Below, piece by piece: positions 28,029 through 35,602 of a DNA stretch of 64,000 nucleotides (positions are counted from its first letter, which is position 1; every line of letters begins with the position of its first letter). The notes under the pieces are model-generated. The model was not told the DNA's origin. It worked only from the letters and a program-made list of their open reading frames with translations, and did not search any database. Source of the stretch: Rubrivivax sp. Its GTDB lineage: Bacteria > Pseudomonadota > Gammaproteobacteria > Burkholderiales > Burkholderiaceae_C. The stretch is taken from contig JAEUPH010000122.1 in NCBI GenBank assembly GCA_016790395.1, forward strand, positions 271 through 64,270, written 5' to 3'. A program made the translations under genes and the position numbers.

Positions 28029-29060
28029 ATGGAGCCCCACCCGACATTCCCCGACCGCCTGCGCCGTCTGCCCAAGGTGCTGCTGCACGAACACCTGGAC
28101 GGCGGCCTGCGTGTCGGCACCCTGTACGAACTGCTGCACGAGCGCGGCATCGCGCTGCCCGCGCCCGACGCAGCGTCTCTGGCCTTGTGGTTCGACGCCA
28201 ACGCGCACGCCGGCAGCCTGGTGAAGTATCTCGAGGGCTTCGCGCTGACGGTGGAAGCCATGTCCAGCCCTGCTGCCATGGAGCGGGTGGCCTTCGAGGC
28301 CGCCGAGGACGCGCGCGAAGATGGCGCCGTGCTGGCCGAGTTCCGCATCGCGCCGCTGCTGTTCGAGAGCCATGGCGTGCCCGGCGAGGCGGCGGTGGAA
28401 GCGCTGCTGTCGGGCCTGGCCAAGAGTTCGCTTCCGACGGGGCTGATCGTCTGCGCCATGCGCCACCTGCCCGTGGCCGAGACCGAGCGTGCCGCCCGGC
28501 TGGCGCTCCGGTACCAGGGCCGGGGCGTCGTGGCCTTCGACCTCGCGGGTGCCGAGTTCGGCCATCCGCCTTCAGAGCACGCCAGCGCGCTGAAGCTGGT
28601 GCGCGACGCCGGCCTGGGCATGACACTGCATGCCGGCGAGGCCGATGCTGCCGAGCGCGTGGTGGAAGCCGCGCGCCTGGGCGCGCGCCGCATCGGTCAC
28701 GGCGTGCACCTGGTCGACGGCCTGCGCGACCCGGCGCGCCGGGCGCTGGTGGACGAGATCATCGAGCGTGGCGTGCACCTGGAGGTCTGCCCCACCAGCA
28801 ACGTGCACACCGGGGCCGCGAAGTCGGTGGCCACGCACCCCATCACCGCGTTGTGGCGCGCCGGCGTGAGCCTCAGCTACCACACCGACAACCGGCTGAT
28901 GAGCTTCCTCACGCACACGGAGGAAGCCGCCACGCTGCTCGCCGAGACGCCCCTGGTGGAAGAAGACCTGCTGGCCATGGCCGCCGAGGCCGCGAGGCAC
29001 TCGTTCCTGCCTTCGGCGGCGCGCGAACAGGCGCTGGCCGCCATCGCGGCCTGGAACTGA
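28029..29060 (+). CDS. add: Adenosine deaminase family protein
   Basis: LPKVLLHEHLDG, HAGE, RIGHG, EVCPTSN and HTDNRLMS. Confidence 0.88.
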   Translation: MEPHPTFPDRLRRLPKVLLHEHLDGGLRVGTLYELLHERGIALPAPDAASLALWFDANAHAGSLVKYLEGFALTVEAMSSPAAMERVAFEAAEDAREDGAVLAEFRIAPLLFESHGVPGEAAVEALLSGLAKSSLPTGLIVCAMRHLPVAETERAARLALRYQGRGVVAFDLAGAEFGHPPSEHASALKLVRDAGLGMTLHAGEADAAERVVEAARLGARRIGHGVHLVDGLRDPARRALVDEIIERGVHLEVCPTSNVHTGAAKSVATHPITALWRAGVSLSYHTDNRLMSFLTHTEEAATLLAETPLVEEDLLAMAAEAARHSFLPSAAREQALAAIAAWN

Positions 29061-29080
29061 TTCAGGCCGTCACGGCCGCT

Positions 29081-29962
29081 TCAGCCCGTGCCGGCCATGG
29101 CGCGTCGGCTGGGCTCGACGTAGGCGTCCAGCTCGCGCAGCGTGGCGGCGTCCACCTCGACGATGCCTGTCACGCCGCTGGCGCGCGCGAAGGCGGCGCC
29201 GCGTTCCGGGTCGGCCGCCAGCGAGAGCAGACGCACGCGCAGTTGCGCCAGTTGCGATGCGCCCAGGCGCGGGTGGGCCACGACGATGAAGTTGGGCAGC
29301 CGCTGGAAGGTCTCCACCACACGCAGGCGGGCCAGTTCGTCGGCGGGCAGGGTGCGCAGTTCACCGGCGCTGAGGATGGCGGCATCGGCGGCGCCCGTCA
29401 GCAGCAGGCGGCCGACACCGAAGTCGGTGCGCGCCGGCTGGACCTCGAAGTCACGCCCAGCTTCCAGCCCTTGCGCAGCCAGCCAGCGCAGCCCGGCAAT
29501 GGCCACCAGCGAGCCCGGGTTGGCGAAGCTCAGCTGCCGGCCGCGCAGGCCGGCGGCCGAGTTCAGGCCGCTGCCGGCCGCCACCACCAGCAAGGCCGCG
29601 ATGCGCGGCTCGAACATGGCCAGCGGCACGAGCCCGGCGTCGAGTTGCGCCACGCGTGCGAAGTGCGGCGCCGCCACGGCGAGGTCGTACTCGCCGGCCA
29701 GCAGCGAGCGCGAAAAGCCCCGGAAGCTGGACGGCAGCGCCAGCCGCACCGCGCTGCCCAGGCCTTCCAGATGACGGCGCAGCGGCTCGTACTGCGTGGC
29801 CAGGAGAGCCGTGCTGACGTTGGGCAGCAGTCCCAGCACCAGCTCGGCCGGCGTTGCCCGTGCCGGGCCCGCGAGACCGGCGGCCAGGATCAGCCCGCAG
29901 CAGCGCCTTCGCCGCTGCGACACCCTGCCCGCCTGTGCGGGCCACGCCTCCGCCCTCCGCAT
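29081..29962 (-). CDS. Phosphate/phosphonate-type (PhnD-like) periplasmic binding protein, orphan
   Basis: LVLGLLP...YEPLRRHL, GEYDLAVAAPHF, LSFANPGS and LPNFIVVAHP. Start uncertain. Confidence 0.7.
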   Translation of the reverse strand: MRRAEAWPAQAGRVSQRRRRCCGLILAAGLAGPARATPAELVLGLLPNVSTALLATQYEPLRRHLEGLGSAVRLALPSSFRGFSRSLLAGEYDLAVAAPHFARVAQLDAGLVPLAMFEPRIAALLVVAAGSGLNSAAGLRGRQLSFANPGSLVAIAGLRWLAAQGLEAGRDFEVQPARTDFGVGRLLLTGAADAAILSAGELRTLPADELARLRVVETFQRLPNFIVVAHPRLGASQLAQLRVRLLSLAADPERGAAFARASGVTGIVEVDAATLRELDAYVEPSRRAMAGTG

Positions 29963-30075
29963 GCAACCCTCCGTCGAACCTGGGTGGTGCCGGTGTGTCC
30001 GGCACTCGTGATCTCGGACGGCAACATTAACAAAACGTATCCGTCACCGCGTCCCGCAAAGGGGTGACTGAGGTA

Positions 30076-31266
30076 TCAGGCTGTGCCGGCCGTCACGCCG
30101 CGGCGCCGCGGGCGGGGCGGGCGCGCCGGCACCACCGGCGGCTGGGCGGCCGCCGCGATGACGCCGCCGCCCAGGCACACCTCGCCGTCGTACAGCACGG
30201 CGCTCTGCCCCGGCGTGACGGCCCACTGGGGATCGTCGAAGTCCAGCCGGAAACCGCCGGGCCGCACCGACAGCACGCAGCCGGCGTCGGCCTGGCGGTA
30301 GCGCGCCTTGGCAGCCAGGGCGCCGGGGGCAGGCGCCGAGCCGGCGATCCAACTGCAGTCCTGGGCCTCCAGCCAGCCCGACTGCAACCATGGGTGGCCA
30401 TGGCCCTGCACCACGTGCAGGGCGTTGGTGCCAAGGTCCTTGTGAGCCACGAACCAGGGCAGGTGCTCACCCCCGCCGGCCTGCCCGGCGGCCGGCTTCG
30501 TGCCACCGATGCCCAGTCCCTGGCGCTGCCCCAGCGTGTAGAACGACAGCCCCACATGCCGGCCGACCTCGTGGCCCTGCTCGTCGAGCATGGGGCCCGG
30601 TTCGTGGCTCAGGTAGCGCTGCAGGAACTCGCGGAAGGGGCGCTCGCCGATGAAGCAGATGCCGGTGGAGTCCTTCTTGCGCGCATTGGGCAGGCCGATG
30701 GCTTCGGCGATGCGGCGCACCTCGGTCTTCCTCAGCTCGCCCACCGGGAACAGCGTCCGGGCCAGCTGCGCCTGGTTCAGCCGGTGCAGGAAGTAGCTCT
30801 GGTCCTTGGCCGGGTCCAGGCCCTTGAGGAGCTCGAAGCGGCCTCCGCGCTCGCGCACCCTGGCGTAGTGGCCGGTGGCGATCTTCTCGGCGCCCAGGCG
30901 CATGGCGTGGTCGAGGAAGGCCTTGAACTTGATCTCGGCGTTGCACAGCACGTCCGGGTTGGGCGTGCGGCCGGCCTGGTACTCGCGCAGGAACTCGGCG
31001 AAGACGCGGTCCTTGTACTCGGCCGCGAAGTTGACATGCTCGATCTCGATGCCCAGCACGTCGGCCACGGCGGCCGCGTCGACGAAATCGATGTTGCTGG
31101 AGCAGTAGCCGGTGTCGTCGTCGCCCGACCCGGCGGGGCGGTCGTCATCTTCCCAGTTCTTCATGAAGACAGCGACGACCTCGTGGCCCTGCTGCTTGAG
31201 CAGGTGCGCCGTGACGGCGGAGTCCACCCCGCCGCTGAGGCCCACCACGACGCGATGCTTCGGCAT
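30076..31266 (-). CDS. mnmA: tRNA-specific 2-thiouridylase
   Basis: [33 protein letters not shown] and DSTGICFIG. Confidence 0.96.
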   Translation of the reverse strand: MPKHRVVVGLSGGVDSAVTAHLLKQQGHEVVAVFMKNWEDDDRPAGSGDDDTGYCSSNIDFVDAAAVADVLGIEIEHVNFAAEYKDRVFAEFLREYQAGRTPNPDVLCNAEIKFKAFLDHAMRLGAEKIATGHYARVRERGGRFELLKGLDPAKDQSYFLHRLNQAQLARTLFPVGELRKTEVRRIAEAIGLPNARKKDSTGICFIGERPFREFLQRYLSHEPGPMLDEQGHEVGRHVGLSFYTLGQRQGLGIGGTKPAAGQAGGGEHLPWFVAHKDLGTNALHVVQGHGHPWLQSGWLEAQDCSWIAGSAPAPGALAAKARYRQADAGCVLSVRPGGFRLDFDDPQWAVTPGQSAVLYDGEVCLGGGVIAAAAQPPVVPARPPRPRRRGVTAGTA

Positions 31267-31302
31267 CGGCGGATTATCCGGCGGCGCCACGCCGCCCGGT
31301 CA

Positions 31303-31557
31303 TCAGCAGGTGAGCATCTGCGAGCGCGAGCGGATCAGCTCGCGCGCACGGTTCATGGCGTAGTTGATGGCCTCGTCGGCGCTGCGCCAGCGGTAGCCGC
31401 AGGCCAGGCTGTCGTCGCGGAAGGCCTCGCGCTGGCGGCCCGGCAGGCCACGCACGCGGTTGACCACCAGCGCCGCGATGTAGCCGTCGCCGCGAGGCGC
31501 CTCGACGGCGCCGACGAAGATGCGGTAGTCGCCTTCGTGGGATTCGTTGAATCGCAT
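31303..31557 (-). CDS. Small hypothetical protein (84 aa)
   Basis: MRFNESHEGDYRIFVGAVEAPRGDGYIAALVV...AFRDDSLACGYRW. Coding-like GC3 bias and fills an intergenic gap. Confidence 0.7.
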   Translation of the reverse strand: MRFNESHEGDYRIFVGAVEAPRGDGYIAALVVNRVRGLPGRQREAFRDDSLACGYRWRSADEAINYAMNRARELIRSRSQMLTC

Positions 31558-31678
31558 GCTGAGCCTCAGGACCTGTGCCTTGGATGGGGCGCGATGATCG
31601 GCCCGCTTCCGGGGGGTTCGTATCCCCCGGGGGAAGGAGAACCCGCTTGAGGGGGGTGTGCCTCGGTCCCGCCCGCCC

Positions 31679-32656
31679 CTACAGCGGCCGCTCGCTGCGG
31701 GCCGCCAGGTAGAACCACTCGTGGCCGGGCGCCGCGTTGGCGTCGGGGAACACGATGTACCCGGGCTGCGGCGCGCGCAGTTCGGTGCCATCGGCGCGCA
31801 CGGCCACGAGTTCGGCTTCGGCCAGCGCGTCGAAGCTGGTCCAGGCCTTCACGAAGCGGTCGCCCTCGGCGTGGCGGTCGACCACCTCGGTCAGTCGCAG
31901 GCATTCGAAAGCCGCGGCCGGCGGCGCCAGCGCCACGCCCTCGGCCAGCCCCAGCAGCGCCAGCGTCTGGCGGATGGCGTGGTACGCCACCTCGGGGCCT
32001 TGCGGGTCCTCGTGCTGGCCGCATTCCAGCGTGATGCCGTAACCGCCCTGGCTGCGCATGTACTCGGTGGTGCCCACGCCGTAGCTCGGGTCCTCGTGCA
32101 CGGCGCCGGGCGTCAGGCCCAGGGCCTTGCGGCGGGCCACCCCGTCGGCGTAGGCGCTCATCCAGCCTTCGACGATGCGGTTCGGGCCCACGTGCCGGGC
32201 CAGCTCGGCCTCGGCCGCGGCGTGCGCGAAGGGCTCCAGCTCGCCGCGGTTGTCGGCCGGGCCGCGCATCACGAAGGCGCGGCCGGGGCTGCGGAAGCTG
32301 TGCAGGTCGAGCAGCACTTCGTGCTCGGCCAGCAGCGGGCACAGCACGCCCGCGATGCGGTCCTCGTGGTCCTGCGGCGTGGCCGTGGGCTGCAGCCGGC
32401 GGTTGAGGTTGCGGTCGCCCATGCGCTGGCCCTTCGTGTAGGCCAGCGGGTTGCACACCGGTACGAAGGTGACGGTGCCGCGCACGATGTCGATCTCGCC
32501 GCGCTCGATCTCGCCGATGACGCGCAGGATGCCCCGCGTGCCCGCCGTCTCGTTGCCGTGCACGGCGCCGGTGACGATGAGCTTCGGCCCCTTGGCCAGC
32601 CCGGCGAAGCGGTGCACCCGCAGGTGCCGCAGGCTGACGTTCACTTCAGTCGTCAT
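31679..32656 (-). CDS. Succinylglutamate desuccinylase/aspartoacylase (M14-like) family protein
   Basis: GAVHGNE, NLNR, LLDLHS and ITLECG motifs. Confidence 0.85.
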   Translation of the reverse strand: MTTEVNVSLRHLRVHRFAGLAKGPKLIVTGAVHGNETAGTRGILRVIGEIERGEIDIVRGTVTFVPVCNPLAYTKGQRMGDRNLNRRLQPTATPQDHEDRIAGVLCPLLAEHEVLLDLHSFRSPGRAFVMRGPADNRGELEPFAHAAAEAELARHVGPNRIVEGWMSAYADGVARRKALGLTPGAVHEDPSYGVGTTEYMRSQGGYGITLECGQHEDPQGPEVAYHAIRQTLALLGLAEGVALAPPAAAFECLRLTEVVDRHAEGDRFVKAWTSFDALAEAELVAVRADGTELRAPQPGYIVFPDANAAPGHEWFYLAARSERPL

Positions 32657-33570
32657 GCCTTCCGACCCGTGAGCTGCTCGAAGGCACGCGCATAGCGTTC
32701 GTGGATGCCCAGGATCACGTCCTCGGGCAGATCCAGCGCCGCCTGCTCGGCGCCGCCAGTGACCCCGGTGGAAGCCAGCCAGTCGCGCAGCGGCTGCTTG
32801 TCCAGCGCCACGATGCGGCCCTGCGCCAGCTCGTCGGCGAGCCAGAAGCGCGAGGAGTCGGGCGTCAGCACTTCGTCCATCAGCGTCAGCGTGCCGTTGG
32901 CGTCCAGGCCGAACTCGAACTTGGTGTCGGCCAGCACGATGCCGCGCGTGGCGGCATGGGCGCTGGCGGCGTTGAAGATGCGGATGGCGGTGTCGCGCAC
33001 CTCGGCCGCGCGCGCGGCGCCCAGCAGGCCTTCCAGCTGCGCGAAGGCGATGTTCTCGTCGTGGTCGCCCACGGCGGCCTTGGTGGCCGGCGTGAAGATG
33101 GGCGCGGCCAGCGGCGTGGTGGGGCTCAGGCCGGGCGGCAGCGGGATGCCGCAGACGGTGCCGCTCTTCGCGTACTCCTTCCAGCCCGAGCCCGCCACGT
33201 AGCCGCGCACCACGGCCTCGCAGGGCAGCGGCGTCAGGCGCTTGACGAGCATGGAGCGGCCCTGCACCTGCGCCACCTCGTCGGGCGCCACCACGCTCTC
33301 GGGCGCCTCGCCGGTGAGGTGGTTGGGCACCACGTCCTTCAGCCGCTCGAACCAGAAGGTGGCCATGCCCGTGAGCAGCCGGCCCTTGCCGGGCACCGGG
33401 GCCTTCATCACCACGTCGAAGGCCGAGAGGCGGTCGCTGGCCACCATCAGCATGCGGTCGCTGCCGACGGCGTAGAGGTCGCGCACCTTGCCGCGGGCGA
33501 TCAGCGGCAGCGAATGGAGGGCCGTGTTCTGCACGGCGGGGCCGAGGGCGGCCAGGCGGGTTGTGCTCAT
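32653..33570 (-). CDS. purC: SAICAR synthetase (PurC family)
   Basis: RGKVRDLY, SDRLSAFD, EAVVRGY, FTPATKA, ADTKFEFG and DEVLTPDSSRFW. Confidence 0.88.
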   Translation of the reverse strand: MSTTRLAALGPAVQNTALHSLPLIARGKVRDLYAVGSDRMLMVASDRLSAFDVVMKAPVPGKGRLLTGMATFWFERLKDVVPNHLTGEAPESVVAPDEVAQVQGRSMLVKRLTPLPCEAVVRGYVAGSGWKEYAKSGTVCGIPLPPGLSPTTPLAAPIFTPATKAAVGDHDENIAFAQLEGLLGAARAAEVRDTAIRIFNAASAHAATRGIVLADTKFEFGLDANGTLTLMDEVLTPDSSRFWLADELAQGRIVALDKQPLRDWLASTGVTGGAEQAALDLPEDVILGIHERYARAFEQLTGRKA

Positions 33571-33601
33571 GCCGCCATTGTCTCGCGGCGGCATGGCGGC
33601 C

Positions 33602-34489
33602 TCAGGCCAGCGTGAGGGTGCCAGCGGCGGCGTCCAGCGTTGCCCTTGCGCCCAGTGGCAGCGGGCGGTTGGGCGTGCCGTGGCCGCTGGGCCAGCCGCC
33701 CAGCACGGGCTTGCCCAGTCGCTCGAAGGCGTCGCGCAGCTCGGCGGCCGGGTCGTCGGCCTCGGTGAAGGTGCCCAGCACGAAGCCGGCCGCGGCGTCC
33801 AGCACGCCGGCCAGCCGCAGGTGGGCCAGCAGGCGGTCGACGCGGTAGGTGGCCTCGCCCACCTCCTCCAGGAACAGCAGCGCGCCGTGCGCGTCCCAGG
33901 CCCAGGGCGTGCCCAGCAGCGAGGCGACGAGGCTCAGGTTGCCGCCGATCAGCCGGCCGGTGGCCACGCCGGGCACGCGCAGGCCCCCCGGCAGCAGCTC
34001 GGGCGCGAGCACGGTGCCCGCGGGCAGGCCGTTGCGCAGCACGTCGAAGAGCGCCTGGCGGTCGGCCTCGCGCTCGGGGCGGATCAGGTCGCTGGCGGCC
34101 ATGGGGGCGTGCAGCGCGGGCACGCCTTCGCGCGCCCACAGGGCGTGCAGCGCCGTGAGGTCGCTGTAGCCGATGAGCGGCTTGCGCGCGCGGCGCACGA
34201 GCGCGGCGTCGACACCGGCCAGGATGCGCAGGCAGCCGTAGCCGCCGCGCAGCGCGTGGATGGCGGCCACCTCCTCGTCGGCCAGGGCCGCGTGCAGGTC
34301 GGCCAGGCGTTGTTCGTCGGGCCCGGCCAGGTAGCCCTGTTGCATCGAACAAGCGGGGTAGAGGCGGCAGCGGTAGCCCAGGGATTCATACACCGCCGGC
34401 ACGCGCGCCACGCGTTCGGCGTCCACGGGGCCGGCCGGGGCGACGACGGCGATCAGGCTGCCCCCAGGCAGCGCCGGGAAGGCGTTCAC
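33602..34489 (-). CDS. LD-carboxypeptidase (peptidase S66, LdcA-like)
   Basis: RGGYG, GYSDLT (Ser), GGNL, FLEEVGE (Glu) and SGH (His). Confidence 0.9.
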   Translation of the reverse strand: MNAFPALPGGSLIAVVAPAGPVDAERVARVPAVYESLGYRCRLYPACSMQQGYLAGPDEQRLADLHAALADEEVAAIHALRGGYGCLRILAGVDAALVRRARKPLIGYSDLTALHALWAREGVPALHAPMAASDLIRPEREADRQALFDVLRNGLPAGTVLAPELLPGGLRVPGVATGRLIGGNLSLVASLLGTPWAWDAHGALLFLEEVGEATYRVDRLLAHLRLAGVLDAAAGFVLGTFTEADDPAAELRDAFERLGKPVLGGWPSGHGTPNRPLPLGARATLDAAAGTLTLA

Positions 34490-35538
34490 GACAGCGTCTC
34501 CATCAGCCGGTGCAGCGCCGCGCCGAGCATGGGCAGCCGCCAGGTGGTGGCGCAGCGCACGTCGGGGGCGTAGCGGCTGCCCAGGTTGGACAGCAGCGCC
34601 ACGATGTAGTGCGTGCGGCCGCTCTTCACGATGCCGGCATCGCTGCTGTAGTTCTGCGTGTTGCCGGTCTTGTGCGCGAAGGCCGGCGCGTCGGGCAGGC
34701 CGCTCACCAAGCCGGCCACCGCCTTCAGCGAACCGCTGGACAGGATGTGGTCCAGCTGCTGGCGCGCCAGCACCCCGCGCAGGTGCTCGCGCGAGGCCGG
34801 GCTCAGCAACACCGTTCCCGGCGGCAGCCAGGGCGCGGCCGGCGCATCGGCGTCCAGCAGCCACAGCAGCCGCGCCGTGTCCCAGGCCGTCATGTGGATG
34901 TGGCCGACGCCGGAGCCGTCGCGGTTGCGCCAGCCCCCGGCGGGCGTGGTGTCGTTCAGCTGCAGCGTGGCCAGGCCCAGGTCAGCGAAGCGGCGGTTCA
35001 GGTCACCGATGACGCCGGTGCGGTGCAGCAGCGCCACGCAGGTGTCGGTGGCGTCGTTGTCACTGACCACGATCATCGGCTCCAGCGCCGCCGGCCAGGC
35101 GGTCAGCCCGCGGTCCACCGCCAGGCCCACGCCTACGGCCACCATCAGCTTCAGCAGCGAGGCCGGGTAGGGTGCGACGAAGCGCGTGGCGCCCGCGCCG
35201 GCCAGGGGCCGCCAGGGCAGCTGCTGCCAGTCCGCGCCCGGGGCCCAGGCGACGGAGTCGCCCTGGGTGTCGGTGATGTCCGCGTCGAAGCGGACGTTGC
35301 GAACGGGCCCGGCGCGGCTGTCGATCTCGGCCACCACGCCGGCCGGGTGCTCGCGCGAGAACAGCACGTTGGCCCACAGCGGCGCGCGGCCGGGCGGAAA
35401 GGCCACCACGGCGAGATCCAGGCTCGGGTGCACGCCCACGGAGCGGCCGGCCTGCTGGCTGTCGGCCGTGGCGGCGAAGTCCAGTTCGCGCACGGCGGCG
35501 CGCAGAAGTTCGGGCAGGGGGGTGTCCAGTCGCTCCAT
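34486..35538 (-). CDS. Serine hydrolase, class A beta-lactamase/PBP-like fold
   Basis: SxxK (PASLLK), SDN and HKTG motifs. No signal peptide seen. Confidence 0.82.
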   Translation of the reverse strand: MERLDTPLPELLRAAVRELDFAATADSQQAGRSVGVHPSLDLAVVAFPPGRAPLWANVLFSREHPAGVVAEIDSRAGPVRNVRFDADITDTQGDSVAWAPGADWQQLPWRPLAGAGATRFVAPYPASLLKLMVAVGVGLAVDRGLTAWPAALEPMIVVSDNDATDTCVALLHRTGVIGDLNRRFADLGLATLQLNDTTPAGGWRNRDGSGVGHIHMTAWDTARLLWLLDADAPAAPWLPPGTVLLSPASREHLRGVLARQQLDHILSSGSLKAVAGLVSGLPDAPAFAHKTGNTQNYSSDAGIVKSGRTHYIVALLSNLGSRYAPDVRCATTWRLPMLGAALHRLMETLS

Positions 35539-35555
35539 CGCCGGCATTGCACCAT

Positions 35556-35581
35556 TGAAAAGGGCCTCCGAGGAGGCCCTT
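35556..35581 (-). terminator. Intrinsic terminator after the TonB-dependent receptor
   Basis: Inverted repeat AAGGGCCTCC/GGAGGCCCTT (35560-35581), ending in TTTT on the minus strand about 20 nt after the stop. Confidence 0.7.
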
Positions 35582-35602
35582 CGAGGTGCATGCCGCGCAG
35601 GT

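Noticed and set aside
28029-29060. Adenosine deaminase as part of a Kongming-like defence system
   Set aside because: There are no HAM1-like or Sir2 partners, and the context is nucleoside catabolism.
30043-30068. Hairpin GTCACC...GGTGAC with GGGACGC on the minus strand, considered as a c-di-GMP-I riboswitch
   Set aside because: It lacks the GGCAAAC/GAAA tetraloop and second-stem architecture. It is more simply a hairpin after the mnmA stop. An Infernal/Rfam scan would settle it.
31604-31660. G/C-run inverted repeats upstream of the small hypothetical gene
   Set aside because: Low complexity in a GC-rich genome, with no U-tract and no convincing second copy. I cannot assign a function.
34486-35538. 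Class A beta-lactamase resistance gene
   Set aside because: It has SxxK, SDN and KTG but no signal peptide and no clear omega-loop ExxLN. It is coupled to an LD-carboxypeptidase.
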